Origin: Nemertoderma westbladi
Taxonomy: Eukaryota; Animalia; Xenacoelomorpha
Direction: 5' to 3'
NCBI GenBank assembly: GCA_032718475.1
Contig: JAUCBJ010007015.1
Coordinates: 1 to 64,000, forward strand
Length of the DNA stretch: 64,000 nt
The position numbers and the translations under genes were made by a program. The notes beneath the pieces were generated by a model, which was given only the letters and a program-made list of their open reading frames with translations, was not told where the DNA came from and made no database searches. Positions 1-14,268 of the stretch are shown one piece after another (positions within the stretch are counted from its first letter, which is position 1; the number at the start of each line of letters is the position of its first letter).

Positions 1-1256
1 ACTGTGATTTTGTATATTTTATAGACTTAAATCCCATTTTCTGGGAGCGGTGTAAAAGCTTTTGTGGGATAACTGATTCGTTTGCTTTGCTAACCAGTTC
101 CCCCCAGTCGCTGAATACTCTAAAAAGGGATATCTAGCTAGAATAGTGCAAGCTACCGGCTGATTGGCTGATTTGCTGTGCGAAGGGATCTGGGTTCTGT
201 TCGATCGGCCAACCAGCTTAGGGAGGTTGCCTTAGCCCTGTTTTCCGTATCGGCCAATAGAATTTGAGTTGGCGTTGATTTTGACCTATCCCAGAGCTAC
301 TGAACTGAATTTCCTATCTGTATGCTCATCCTCTGTGTTGGACGGGAGCTTCGGGGAATAAGGGTAGTTGGTATCCTCGTATAGAGTAGTAGTCATATGA
401 TTCTTCATATGATTCTGTTGTTGTGTTCCCATTTTTCGCCAGAACACCGGCCTTTGGGAAGAACTCTAGTAAAACTGCTTAAATTATAGAAAGTATAACT
501 GTTACCTAACTAACTAGTCTAACTCACTATTAGTTATATGATTCTCCCGAACTTTACTTATTAATTATATTGTTTGTACTGTTATTTACCGTCAGTTATT
601 AATTGTATCGATTTGTTGATGAAATATTGCCCTTTGGAGAATACTGATAAATCACCCAAAATTCCCAATTTTCTTGATACACTACAGGTTAGAGAGACAG
701 GCTATACATAACAATTGCGATTTATATCAATGTGGTGTGTATTGAATCTAATGTTATTTAGCAGACACTACATGAGTCAATTGCTGTTCTCTTTATGTGT
801 GATCAAATTTACTGACGGTCGGCAGAATAGTGTGCATGATTGTGATTGGTAACAAAGCATTTCCTAAAGAATGCGCCTTATACTTTAATTATAAGCATTA
901 TCGTTGCGTTTAGTATAAGTCCTAGCTCTGTTTAAATAGATAGAGCGCCACGTCCTAAAGGAACTGTTAATATTTCCCGAAAGCTAATAATATCTGTCAG
1001 AAATTACATATGAGTGATCAATCGAATAATACAGTAGGTTTACACTGCAATCTTACACTGCAATAATAAAATTTAAGCATCCGAATTCAGCCTCCCGGGT
1101 GTATCCATCGGGTGAATGATCGCGCATGGGCTGGCTTCGGTTAATGTTTTGTTTATTAGCATAAAATATTGTCGTATGCTAAAGGTGTTTTAATTAACTA
1201 AAAGACATATAAATTTTGGCAGGTTAAACTGCTAAAGGTCTTCAAAAGCGCGAACA

Positions 1257-2159
1257 ACTACTGCTGGACGCAAATACTTAGTTTATACAGATATGTTGTC
1301 AGGCTACCCTGTAGTAGCCCAATGGCGAAACGACCCCTCATCACGGCAGGTCGCCGCTGTTGTCCGTCATTTCTTTGCCGACTTCGGAGTTCCAACTCAC
1401 ATGCGGACAGACAACGGACCACAATTCGCCGCAAAACATTTTAAAAATTTTCTAGAACACTGGGGAGTAAAATGGGCACCAAGTAGTCCCCATTTTCCTT
1501 CCAGTAATGGCCACGCGGAATGTAACGTTAACATAATAAAATCTATGCTAGCGAAGTTACCCACACAGGATATTACTTCCGAGAACTTCCAGGAAGCTAT
1601 TCTAGAATTACGCAATACCCCGCGTTTCGACGGCCGATCTCCCAATGAGATTGTGTTCGGTCACAATCTACAGTCACGAGTGCCAGCTCACCATACTACT
1701 TACGATCCTAAATGGCGCGATGCTGCTGAAGAAGCAGACAACAAACACAGCATTATTCGTAAGAAGGCGATAGACCACTATAATAGCACTGCGCGAAACC
1801 TAAAACCATTGCCCGTTGATACCAAAGTGCGCCTACAAAACGCCCGCACCAGACATTGGGACCGCACCGGAATTATTACCAGCCGGCAAGGAGCGTGTGA
1901 CTATTGAATAAAACTCCCATCTGGGCGCGCAATGCGGAGAAACCGACGTTTCATACGACAATTCAACGAGCCGCTAGAACTTGGAAACGACTTGCAAACC
2001 GGTGACTTCGAAACTGAAAGTAAATCTGATACAAACGTTGAAACTGAAGCAAGTAATAACCACTCAGAAGAAACTGAAAGCAATTTACTACGCCGCAGTA
2101 CACGCTCACGTAAACCCATTGTGCGATTCGATGAACGGGTTTACGAAACAAGATTTTAA
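1257..2159 (+). pseudogene. 5'-truncated Ty3/Gypsy integrase (pol C-terminus) with an in-frame stop at 1905-1907
   Basis: Reads GRKYLVYTDMLSGYP...TDNGPQF...SSPHFPSSNGHAE...LRNTP...SPNEIVFG (rve core), then continues in the same frame past TGA as IKLPSGRAMRRNRRFIR...RRSTRSRKPIVRF, typical Gypsy integrase C-terminal motifs. No RT/RNase H upstream. Confidence 0.9.
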
Positions 2160-2180
2160 ATTGAAAAACATTAAAAATCT

Positions 2181-2418
2181 AAAAGGGGGAGTTGATATGT
2201 ACTGATATGTACAATATACATGGCTCGCCCCTTATAGGACTATGTACCTAAGATACCGGTACCACTAGATAGGTGGAGGGTTTTCCCTATTGCTATGCTG
2301 TACTGATATTACACTGTACTGCTGTACTACACTTTTATATTATACGTGTCTGCCTTATATACTATTATACTATTGATATTCATATTATTGGGGATATTCC
2401 GATAGTGCAGACATACCA
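2181..2418 (+). mobile_element. Polypurine tract (2181-2191) and 3' LTR (about 2193-2418) of the Gypsy fragment
   Basis: AAAAGGGGGAG directly after the pol stop, then TGATATGT...ACATACCA (TG...CA ends, 7/8 inverted match). The second LTR is absent, so the right end is inferred. Confidence 0.65.
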
Positions 2419-2966
2419 GTCGGTAGTGCCAGTAGTGTTGGCAGTGTCGGTCATGCCAGTAGTGTCGGTTGTGTCGGTAGTGCCGGTAGTGTTGGTGGTA
2501 GTGTCGGCAGTAGTGTTGGTAGTGCCGGTAGTGTCGGCGATAGTGTCGGTAGTGTCGGTTGAGTCAGTGGTAGTGCTGGTAGTGTCGGTGTTAGTGTTGG
2601 TAGTGTCAGCGGTAGTGTCGGTAGTGTCGGGAGTGTCGGCAGTAGTGTTGGTAGCGGTGGTAGTGTTGGTAGTGTCGGCGGTAGTGCCGGTATTATTGGT
2701 TGTGCCGGTAGTGTTGGTAGTGCTGGTTGTGCCGGTAGTGTTGGTAGTGCCGGTAGTGTTGGTAGTGCCGGTTGTGTCGGTAGTGTCGGCGGTAGTGTTG
2801 GTAGTGTCGGTGGTAGTGTTGGTAGTGTCAGCAGTAGTGTCGGTAGTGTCAGCGGTAGTGTCGGTAGTGCTGGTAGTGTCGGCGGTAGTGTTGATAGTGC
2901 CGGTAGTGTCGGCAGTAGTGTCGGTAGTGCCGGAAGTGTTGGTAGTGTCGGCGGTAGTGTCGGTAC
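2419..2966. repeat. 9-bp minisatellite (GTAGTGTCG / GTAGTGTTG / GTAGTGCCG), about 60 units
   Basis: Directly visible tandem array; it produces the Val-rich and Thr-rich ORFs. Confidence 0.92.
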
Positions 2967-3849
2967 TACTGACTATCAGTAGTAGACTCCTGGCCGGCTC
3001 GGTGACAGTTGGACCCCACTGACTGACGCCAGACTGACAGTGTGACACCCAATGTCACCCTATGGGTTTCATTGGGTGTCATTGGCGCCAGATTGTCTGG
3101 GTGAACCTTCTAATTAGGCTAATTAGACCCTAATTGACAGGTGTCATCAATTAATTGGTACAATTAAACCCTAATAGGTGTCTTACAACACCTAATTAGG
3201 GTTTAATTGATTATCCTAATTAATCAATCCGATACGCAATGGTGTCAGTTAGGTCCAACTATCACCTAGAGGGCCAAAGGGTGTCATAAGTGACACCGCG
3301 GCTCTTTTATTTATTAATACTTATTTATTTGTATTTAATTTAATTATTTGTATTTATTTTTACTTTATTTATTTGTATTTTATTTTACTTTATTTTTTTG
3401 TATTTGTAATTGTATTACTTTTACTTTATACGTAGGTTTCTATTTTTAGATTAATTAGTTTTTATATTACTTACCGCTGCTAATGACGTCATTATTGGAA
3501 GCATCTAACCATAGACTTGCAGCCTTATTTAGCCCTAGGGTATACAGCTCCCTTACTGGTAACTATTTTGGAGTTAATGTTTGCGAAGGGCCTAAACTTA
3601 AGACAAGACATGCAAGCTATCATCTAGGTTACCAGTTACGCATGAATTTATCGATATATCGGGGGCCCCTCTTAAAATTCTTTGTATTGCGTCAGGATTG
3701 CCTCATTTAAGGAAGCCGCATCCCTATCGATAATCTAATTATGGTATCGCTAAAAAAAAATGTGCTAAAAAATGCACCATGTTATTCTGGGACTTTTGTT
3801 TAGGTATAAATACGGCGTTCTAATAGGTACAATAGTCCTACAGTAAGTT

Positions 3850-4200
3850 ATTAGTTTATTAATTATTTACTATTTGAATGGGAGAATCTTTTAGGCTCGT
3901 TAAGCCAAGGAATGCCTGTTCACCACCATGGGTGATCTTCCACAGTAAACCCTTCCACTCTGTTTCCTAAAGGAATGCCTGTTCACCACCATGGGTGATC
4001 TTCCACAGTAAACCCTTCCACTCTGTTTCCCAAGTTGCCTTGGTTCCCATTTATCGACCACTGAAGGATGAAAGCCGGGGTAGGGCTAGGCTGCAGCATT
4101 TAAAGCACCGTGCCCAAACGGTGCTGCCCCATCTAGGGATCGAACCAGGGCTCCCTAATCGGAAGCACATTAATGTCACCACTAGACCAAGCTGCTGCTT
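3850..4200 (-). mobile_element. tRNA-derived SINE with a conserved-core-like segment and an internal tandem duplication
   Basis: The minus strand from ~4198 has A box TGGTCTAGTGG and B box GGTTCGATCCC at tRNA-like spacing. Then comes GCTTTCATCCTTCAGTGGTCGATAAATGGGAACC, which resembles (from memory) the Nin/Deu-type SINE core, and an A-rich tail near 3850. 61 bp are duplicated (3907-3967, 3970-4030). Confidence 0.75.
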
Positions 4201-6379
4201 GGTCTATTATTTACTTTATTTACTCTTAATTATTTACTATTTATACTGTAATTACGTTTTATAATAAATTGTTCTGTACATTACATCTTTATCGTTGAGT
4301 CGGACATTATCACGCTCTCGGTAAAGTTGTACATGTACATAGTGTAATTACGTTTTATATTGGTTTTAGGTTAGCGTAGTGTAATATTGTATTTGTAACC
4401 AAGTAACATAAAGGACCCCCTTGGAAATAAGCTGCAAAGCTTTAGGGGTATTCCTATATGTTATGTTGGACAATACCTTTATACAGGTACATTGTTTGGT
4501 GTATTTGTTATTGTTTTTACATAATGTATAAATAAATCTATCTATCTATAAAGCCAGGTAGTTTATATGATAATATAGTCAACGCAGTACTCGTCTTCAT
4601 TATAATTTTAATTACTTTAGATACATAGAACATTTATTAAAGAAAATCACTTGAACTTATTAAAAACTATAACGGAGTGGGGTTTAGGGATTACAGCTTT
4701 ATAATTTTCAAGTAAAATTATTTTAATCTTATACTATAAAATAATTAATTTCCATTAAAAGACAGCCACAGACACAGACACACCGATTGAGTTAGTAGTA
4801 CCTGTATGCTTTCGTGGCTCGCCCCACATAGGCTGGCACTACTAGTGTAATGTGCCATACTAATAAGCCAGCTTGCTTATTATTTATCTCGCAAAATGAT
4901 TGCTGGAGTATTTCATTCTGATTCTTTAGAATAATTAGCAAAATAATTTATTTCGTTGAGGTGTTGACATGATAAATTAATATTTCAGTATCAATACTAT
5001 CGGCATAAGGTAAGTTTTATTAATTTTTAGAAATTGGGTCGCCTTTACGCCTAAAATTTAAAACAAAAATTTCCTGTTATAGTTTCTTTGATTTATTCTT
5101 ATTGGCGATTTTGTTAAATTTCTTAAATGCCGATTTTGGGATAAAATTGATCAATTTTAATCTGTATCTGAAAACTGAGGCTCGTGCTGCGCGAAGGCCC
5201 CACGAACGTGTACTACTTTTGTGCATTGTTTTATAATATTGAGGTAGGCTCTGTTTTTCTACATTTATGTATATTTGTACTTATCTTTTTCTTTTTGCCT
5301 TAATATGTAAGAAGTAACTTTTAATGCAATAAATAATTTAGTTTGAAAGGGCATTTTGAATTGGTAAAGCGATGTTCCCTATTCTTATTTAACACTATAA
5401 CCCTTAATACCGTGTATCCCGAACACTTACCCTAATTATAATTTTAATTTGGTGATTATCTTACTCTATCTTAAAAAATGGCGGAATAGTAGTAATTTGC
5501 AAATTAAAAATGTCATTCCGAGATACTGTTTCCCGAGACTGCATTCAATGTTTAAACCTTCCCGAGCAAAACTGTCTGTCTGTAGTCTGCTGGTTTGTTA
5601 GTAGGTCCCTAAATGTCTGGCACGAAGCAATAGTAAAAAAATGGGGGGGCGAAAAAACGTAAATACAGACATAGTTGATGGATTTGAGGGGGCAATTTAG
5701 CTATCGTCACCCGCTTTGGCGCTGGACTCTAATTAACTAAACCCAAAAATTGTTTTATTTTAATATAATTTAAAATACAAATACTTATCCTTTTTAGTTA
5801 ATGAATCCTGTGTTCTTTTGGTGTTCAAAAATATGGCTAGAATTGCCATTTGTATAGAAGTCAGTACATGTCTTGCACCCGTACTTCACTAAATTGGGTG
5901 GTCGGTATTCGTTTCCGATGTCAGAGTTAATGTTTGGTGGAATTTATGTTGGCCCATCTGTTGTGTCTAACAATTTGAAGGACATACTTTCGTGTTACAG
6001 TGCTACGCTGTACAGACAAGCGGCGATAACTTGAGAACTACACTAAAATAGATCTCGCTATCCCTTTGCATATTATATATCATCATTACATTCTGCGTGG
6101 CGCTGAACCGTTCGTAGCCCCCCCCCCCCCCCCCCCCCCCATTTCATGAATAACATTGTTAATTAGCCTCTATAACCCCCCACCACTGCTACTCCGGATA
6201 TTAAATAGTGTTAAAAGTAAATTGCTAATTGTAAATGGTCTATATCATATATACACCGAGTAACCTAATGTATATAGGCACGTACAATAGGTCCGATACT
6301 CTAAAACGCCCGTTTAACAATAATGTTTATGTAAGTACATAATTCGTTGATCGTTCGAGTATTTCGTTTAATGTCCAAG

Positions 6380-6418
6380 TCAAAGGCCACCGCTTTCACC
6401 TTCGAAGTACATAAAATC
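6380..6418 (-). CDS. PLSCR: Phospholipid scramblase, terminal coding exon (DFMYFEGESGGL*)
   Basis: Acceptor tttattttatattatag|GAT TTT ATG TAC TTC GAA...TGA. Phase 0, completing the family motif FLI|DFMYFE (human PLSCR1 FLIDFMFFE). Confidence 0.88.
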   Translation of the reverse strand, partial: DFMYFEGESGGL

Positions 6419-7371
6419 CTATAATATAAAATAAATAGAGTTATTATACGGTAGGTAAGGGGGGGGGGGGGGGGGGGGGGGTATATTTACAAACCCCATA
6501 GGGTCTCGACACTGGCCATGTAATTCAACCTGAAGCAAGGACCAATCAGAGACGAGCAGTATATTTATGGAATTCTAGTGCTGACGCCGTATGGGGTTTG
6601 GGACCACTTCCCCATGCGATGTCGGCACTTTAATAAGTAAATACATTTGGATTTAGCTGTTAATGCAAATGTAATTAGTGGGGATGTTGCCCTCGGCGCT
6701 CGGCACATGGCATTATCATATTGAAATCATCTGGAGTTCCAGAAATATATATGAGAGGATTGGTGGCCCGGACCACCACCAATGTGTAGGCCTAGTGAGT
6801 TTGTAGGAGCCTGGTACCGGTACATCTAACAGGTAGCGGCATTCCAAACGTCTGCGAGGAGCTCAGCTAAGTACGGAATACTGCACTGATGATGCAACCG
6901 GTGGTGTCACATTCGATTCGGCGAGTTTTCAGTCGACCTCTTGTGCCACAGTATTTGAGTTGAATCGTCATGTTCATAAACACATACCGTACCTCCAAGA
7001 GTCTTCTGCCTCAAGTGTCGTCTTGAGTTCAAACAGGTGTGAGACAACTGCCGCGCACTTATTACTATAGCTGCCAATAATATTCGTTTAAACATGAAGC
7101 GAGTTTGATAATAATACAGTAATAATAATATTCGTGATATACTGTAGACCTACAGTTAGTTCCTTTCGAGTGAGGCTGGGGGATCGTCATAGTCAATAGA
7201 AGGATTCGATGTTACTATATATACAATTATTAATACTTATATTTTTTATTGCCTAATTAAATAATATATTTTCTAAAATTTCTTTAGACAAAAATATTCG
7301 CTAAATTAAATAGGCGTAAACTGTAGGCCTAGTACTACTGTACAGTACATATCGGTACAGTATTTACTTAC

Positions 7372-7430
7372 AATTAGGAAGACAGCACCCAATAGAACCG
7401 CCTTCATAGTTACATCCAAATCATGTGGAA
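7372..7430 (-). CDS. PLSCR: Phospholipid scramblase, penultimate coding exon ((F)PHDLDVTMKAVLLGAVFLI)
   Basis: 59-nt exon, acceptor tattgtttttcag, donor gtaagt. Matches PLSCR1 FPLDLDVKMKAVMIGACFLI. Its first 2 nt complete the Phe codon begun by the 43448 exon. Confidence 0.93.
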
Positions 7431-7597
7431 CTGAAAAACAATATGAAATAAATTATCTTAAACAGTAGTAAAAAAAATCAACGTCTAAATATGAATAATA
7501 ACACCCTGGGATACAGTATCAAAGATTAAATAGATAGAAATTAATTATCTTAATCAGATAATACAGTATCACACAGTAAACAGGGGATACAGTATCA

Positions 7598-10500
7598 ATA
7601 CACAATACTTGAGGTACTTACATGGTACACCAATACTTGCGGTACGTACATGATACACCAATACTTGAGGTTCTCACTTGCGGTACTTACATGATACACC
7701 AATACTTGCGGTACTTACATGATACACCAATACTTGCGGTGCTTACATGATACACCAATACTTGCGGTACTTACATGATACACCAATAGTTGCGGTACTT
7801 ACATGATACACCAATACTTGCGGTACTTACATGATACACCAATACTTGCGGTACTTACATGATACACCAATACTTGCGGTACTTACATGATACACCAATA
7901 CTTGCGGTACTTACATGATACACCAATACTTGCGGAACTTACATGGTACACCAATACTTGCGGTACGTACATGATACACCAATACTTGAGGTTCTCACTT
8001 GCGGTACTTACATGATACACCAATACTTGCGGTACTTACATGATACACCAATACTTGCGGTGCTTACATGATACACCAATACTTGCGGTACTTACATGAT
8101 ACACCAATAGTTGCGGTACTTACATGATACACCAATACTTGCGGAACTTACATGGTACACCAATACTTGCGGTACGTACATGATACACCAATACTTGAGG
8201 TTCTCACTTGCGGTACTTACATGATACACCAATACTTGCGGTACTTACATGATACACCAATACTTGCGGAACTTACATGGTACACCAATACTTGCGGTAC
8301 TTACATGATACACCAATACTTGAGGTACTTACATGATACACCAATAGTTGCGGTACTTACATGATACACCAATACTTGCGGTACTTACATGATACACCAA
8401 TACTTGCGGTACTTACATGATACACCAATACTTGCGGTACTTACATGATACACCAATACTTGCGGTACTTACATGGTACACCAATACTTGATGTACTCAC
8501 TTGCGGTACTTACATGATACACCAACACTTGCGGTACTTACATGGTACACCAATACTTGATGTACTCACTTGCGGTACTTACATGATACACCAACACTTG
8601 CGGTACTTACATGGTACACCAATGCTTGCGGTACTTACATGGTACACCAATACTTGCGGTACTTACATGATACACCAATAGTTGCGGTACTTACATGGTA
8701 CACCAATACTTGCGGTACTTACATGATACACCAACACTTGCGGTACTTACATGGTACACCAATGCTTGCGGTACTTACATGGTACACCAATACTTGCGGT
8801 ACTTACATGGTACACCAATACTTGATGTACTTACATGATACACCAATACTTGCGGTACTTACATGCTACACCAATACTTGCGGTACTTACATGGTACACC
8901 AATACTTGATGTACTCACTTGCGGTACTTACATGGTACACCAATACTTGATGTACTTACATGATACACCAATACTTGCGGTACGTACATGGTACACCAAT
9001 ACTTGCGGTACTTACATGGTACACCAATACTTGCGGTACTTACATGGTACACCAATACTTGATGTACTCACTTGCGGTACTTACATGGTACACCAATACT
9101 TGCGGTACTTACATGATACACCAATACTTGCAGTACCTACATGGTACACCAATACTTGCGGTACTTACATGATACACCAACACTTGCGGTACTTACATGG
9201 TACACCAACACTTGCGGTACTTACATGATACACCAACACTTGCGGTACTTATATGGTACACCAATACTTGCGGTACTTACATGATACACCAATACTTGCG
9301 GTACTTACATGATACACCAATACTTGAGGTACTCACTTGCGGTACTTACATGATACACCAATACTTGCGGTACTTACATGATACACCAATACTTGCGGTA
9401 CTTACATGATACACCAATACTTGAGGTACTCACTTGCGGTACTTACATGATACACCAATACTTGCGGTACTTACATGATACACCAATACTTGAGGTACTC
9501 ACTTGCGGTACTTACATGATACACCAATACTTGCGGTACTTACATGGTACACCAATACTTGCGGTACTTACATGGTACACCAATACTTGATGTACTTACA
9601 TGATACACCAATACTTGCGGTACTTACATGGTACACCAATACTTTATGTACTTACATGATACACCAATACTTGCGGTACTTACATGATACACCAATACTT
9701 GAGGTACTCACTGCGGTACTTACATGATACACCAATACTTGCGGTACTTACATGGTACACCAATACTTGCGGTACTTACATGGTACACCAATACTTGATG
9801 TACTTACATGATACACCAATACTTGCGGTACTTACATGGTACACCAATACTTGATGTACTTACATGATACACCAATACTTGCGGTACTTACATGGTACAC
9901 CAATACTTGCGGTACTTACATGGTACACCAATACTTGCGGTACTTACATGGTACACCAATACTTGATGTACTCACTTGCGGTACTTACATGGTACACCAA
10001 TACTTGCGGTACTTACATGATACACCAATACTTGCAGTACCTACATGGTACACCAATACTTGCGGTATTTACATGATACACCAACACTTTCGGTACTTAC
10101 ATGGTACACCAACACTTGCGGTACTTACATGATACACCAACACTTGCGGTACTTACATGGTACACCAACACTTGCGGTACTTACATGGTACACCAATACT
10201 TGCGGTACTTACATGATACACCAATACTTGCGGTACTTACATGATACACCAATACTTGCGGTACTTACATGGTACACCAATACTTGATGTACTTACATGA
10301 TACACCAATACTTGCGGTACTTACATGATACACCAATACTTGAGGTACTCACTGCGGTACTTACATGATACACCAATACTTGCGGTACTTACATGGTACA
10401 CCAATACTTGCGGTACTTACATGGTACACCAATACTTGATGTACTTACATGATACACCAATACTTGCGGTACTTACATGGTACACCAATACTTGATGTAC

Positions 10501-13500
10501 TTACATGATACACCAATACTTGCGGTACTTACATGGTACACCAATACTTGCGGTACTTACATGGTACACCAATACTTGCGGTACTTACATGGTACACCAA
10601 TACTTGATGTACTCACTTGCGGTACTTACATGGTACACCAATACTTGCGGTACTTACATGATACACCAATACTTGCAGTACCTACATGGTACACCAATAC
10701 TTGCGGTACTTACATGATACACCAACACTTTCGGTACTTACATGGTACACCAACACTTGCGGTACTTACATGATACACCAACACTTGCGGTACTTACATG
10801 GTACACCAACACTTGCGGTACTTACATGGTACACCAATACTTGCGGTACTTACATGATACACCAATACTTGCGGTACTTACATGATACACCAATACTTGC
10901 GGTACTTACATGATACACCAATACTTGAGGTACTCACTTGCGGTACTTACATGATACACCAATACTTGCGGTACTTACATGATACACCAATACTTGCGGT
11001 ACTTACATGATACACCAATACTTGAGGTACTCACTTGCGGTACTTACATGATACACCAATACTTGCGGTACTTACATGATACACCAATACTTGAGGTACT
11101 CACTTGCGGTACTTACATGATACACCAATACTTGAGGTACTCACTTGCGGTACTTACATGATACACCAATACTTGCGGTACTTACATGATACACCAATAC
11201 TTGCGGTACTTACATGATACACCAATACTTGCGGTACTTACATGATACACCAATACTTGCGGTACTTACATGGTACACCAATACTTGATGTACTCACTTG
11301 CGGTACTTACATGGTACACCAATACTTGCGGTACTTACATGATACACCAATACTTGCAGTACCTACATGGTACACCAATAGTTGCGGTACTTACATGATA
11401 CACCAACACTTTCGGTACTTACATGGTACACCAACACTTGCGGTACTTACATGATACACCAACACTTGCGGTACTTACATGGTACACCAACACTTGCGGT
11501 ACTTACATGGTACACCAATACTTGCGGTACTTACATGATACACCAATACTTGCCGTACTTACATGATACACCAATACTTGCGGTACTTACATGATACACC
11601 AATACTTGAGGTACTCACTTGCGGTACTTACATGATACACCAATACTTGCGGTACTTACATGATACACCAATACTTGCGGTACTTACATGATACACCAAT
11701 ACTTGAGGTACTCACTTGCGGTACTTACATGATACACCAATACTTGCGGTACTTACATGATACACCAATACTTGAGGTACTCACTTGCGGTACTTACATG
11801 ATACACCAATACTTGCGGTACTTACATGATACACCAATACTTGCGGTACTTACATGATACACCAATACTTGCGGTACTTACATGGTACACCAATACTTGC
11901 GGTACTTACATGATACACCAATACTTGCGGTACTTACATGATACACCAATACTTGATGTACTCACTTGCGGTACTTACATGGTACACCAATACTTGCGGT
12001 ACTTACATGATACACCAATACTTGCGGTACTTACATGATAAACCAATACTTGAGGTACTTACATGGTACACCAATACTTGCGGTACTTACATGATACACC
12101 AATACTTGCGGTACTTACATGATACACCAATACTTGCGGTACTTACATGATACACCAATACTTGCGGTACTTACATGATACACCAATACTTGCGGTACTT
12201 ACATGGTACACCAATACTTGATGTACTCACTTGCGGTACTTACATGGTACACCAATACTTGCGGTACTTACATGATACACCAATACTTGCGGTACTTACA
12301 TGATACACCAATACTTGCGGTACTTACATGATACACCAATACTTGCGGTACTTACATGGTACACCAATACTTGATGTACTCACTTGCGGTACTTACATGG
12401 TACACCAATACTTGCGGTACTTACATGATACACCAATAGTTGCGGTACTTACATGGTACACCAATACTTGCGGTACTTACATGGTACACCAATAATTGAT
12501 GTACTCACTTGCGGTACTTAAATGATACACCAATACTTGCGGTACTTACATGATACACCAATACTTGCGGTACTTACATGGTACACCAATACTTGATGTA
12601 CTCACTTGCGGTACTTACATGGTACACCAATACTTGCGGTACTTACATGATACACCAATACTTGCGGTACTTACATGGTACACCAATACTTGCCGTACAT
12701 ACATGATACACCAATACTTGCGGTACTTACATGGTACACCAATACTTGATGTACTCACTTGCGGTACTTACATGGTACACCAATACTTGCGGTACTTACA
12801 TGATACACCAATACTTGCGGTACTTACATGATACACCAATACTTGCGGTACTTACATGGTACACCAATACTTGATGTACTCACTTGCGGTACTTACATGA
12901 TACACCAATACTTGATGTACTCACTTGCGGTACTTACATGATACACCAACACTTGCGGTACTTACATGGTACACCAATGCTTGCGGTACTTACATGGTAC
13001 ACCAATACTTGCGGTACTTACATGATACACCAATAGTTGCGGTACTTACATGGTACACCAATACTTGCGGTACTTACATGATACACCAACACTTGCGGTA
13101 CTTACATGGTACACCAATGCTTGCGGTACTTACATGGTACACCAATACTTGCGGTACTTACATGGTACACCAATACTTGATGTACTTACATGATACACCA
13201 ATACTTGCGGTACTTACATGCTACACCAATACTTGCGGTACTTACATGGTACACCAATACTTGATGTACTCACTTGCGGTACTTACATGGTACACCAATA
13301 CTTGATGTACTTACATGATACACCAATACTTGCGGTACGTACATGGTACACCAATACTTGCGGTACTTACATGGTACACCAATACTTGCGGTACTTACAT
13401 GGTACACCAATACTTGATGTACTCACTTGCGGTACTTACATGGTACACCAATACTTGATGTACTCACTTGCGGTACTTACATGGTACACCAATACTTGCG

Positions 13501-13647
13501 GTACTTACATGATACACCAATACTTGCAGTACCTACATGGTACACCAATACTTGCGGTACTTACATGATACACCAACACTTGCGGTACTTACATGGTACA
13601 CCAACACTTGCGGTACTTACATGATACACCAACACTTGCGGTACTTA
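7598..13647. repeat. 28-bp satellite (TACTTGCGGTACTTACATG[A/G]TACACCAA), left block
   Basis: Visible tandem array, with frequent 41-bp units carrying an extra TGA[T/G]GTACTCACT. Confidence 0.98.
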
Positions 13648-14268
13648 TTTAGATTAGATTATCGCGCAAACGCGCGCAGCACCAGTCTAGCTGGCATTTA
13701 TTCAAACAGTAAAAACTTAAAAATCATCAAAACATTAAAACCGCATTGAAAGTGAAGGTTAAAATGTACAGTAATAAAATGGTAGGTAAGTTACCGTTAA
13801 ATGGGGTTACACAGCACGGCATTCTAAATGCACCCAAAACCAAAAAGCATCACGTCTTTTCACTACCCTAATTGTGAAGTGACATTAAAACCACAAATAT
13901 CAGGATATATAATAGACCTCGTGTACTAAAATCCTGCTAGGTTTAAAATTAAACAATTGAATCAAACAATATCAAACATAACACGATCAAAATCGAGAAA
14001 TCTGCACTGGGTACTGGGTAGACTCCTACTAGATTTACATTTAGAAACCCGAGAAATCTGCACTGGGTACTGGGTGGGTAGTCTCCTACCGCTAAAATGC
14101 ACGACATACTGTATGGAACCCAAGATCGCGAAAATACAGAGGGTAAATCTCCTTAGATCTAGAAACTGCACAAGTACAGTGTAATCTACTTGGTTTACAT
14201 AACAAAATAGGCTACTAAGTGCGCGACATAATGCAGCTTAAAATGGAAAATTCACAGGCTATCATATC

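Noticed and set aside
2273-3048. Thr-rich mucin-like and Val-rich ORFs
   Set aside because: By-products of the 9-bp minisatellite, running into LTR sequence.
4125-4200. Possible tRNA gene
   Set aside because: A and B boxes are present but no convincing cloverleaf; it continues into a SINE body.
4410-4550. Possible LINE 3' end (GGACCCCCTTGGAAATAAG...AATAAA(TCTA)n)
   Set aside because: Suggestive only; no coding remnant or TSD could be confirmed.
6907-7095. 62-aa ORF with a signal-peptide-like start in the last scramblase intron
   Set aside because: Short, no recognisable family or supporting gene structure.
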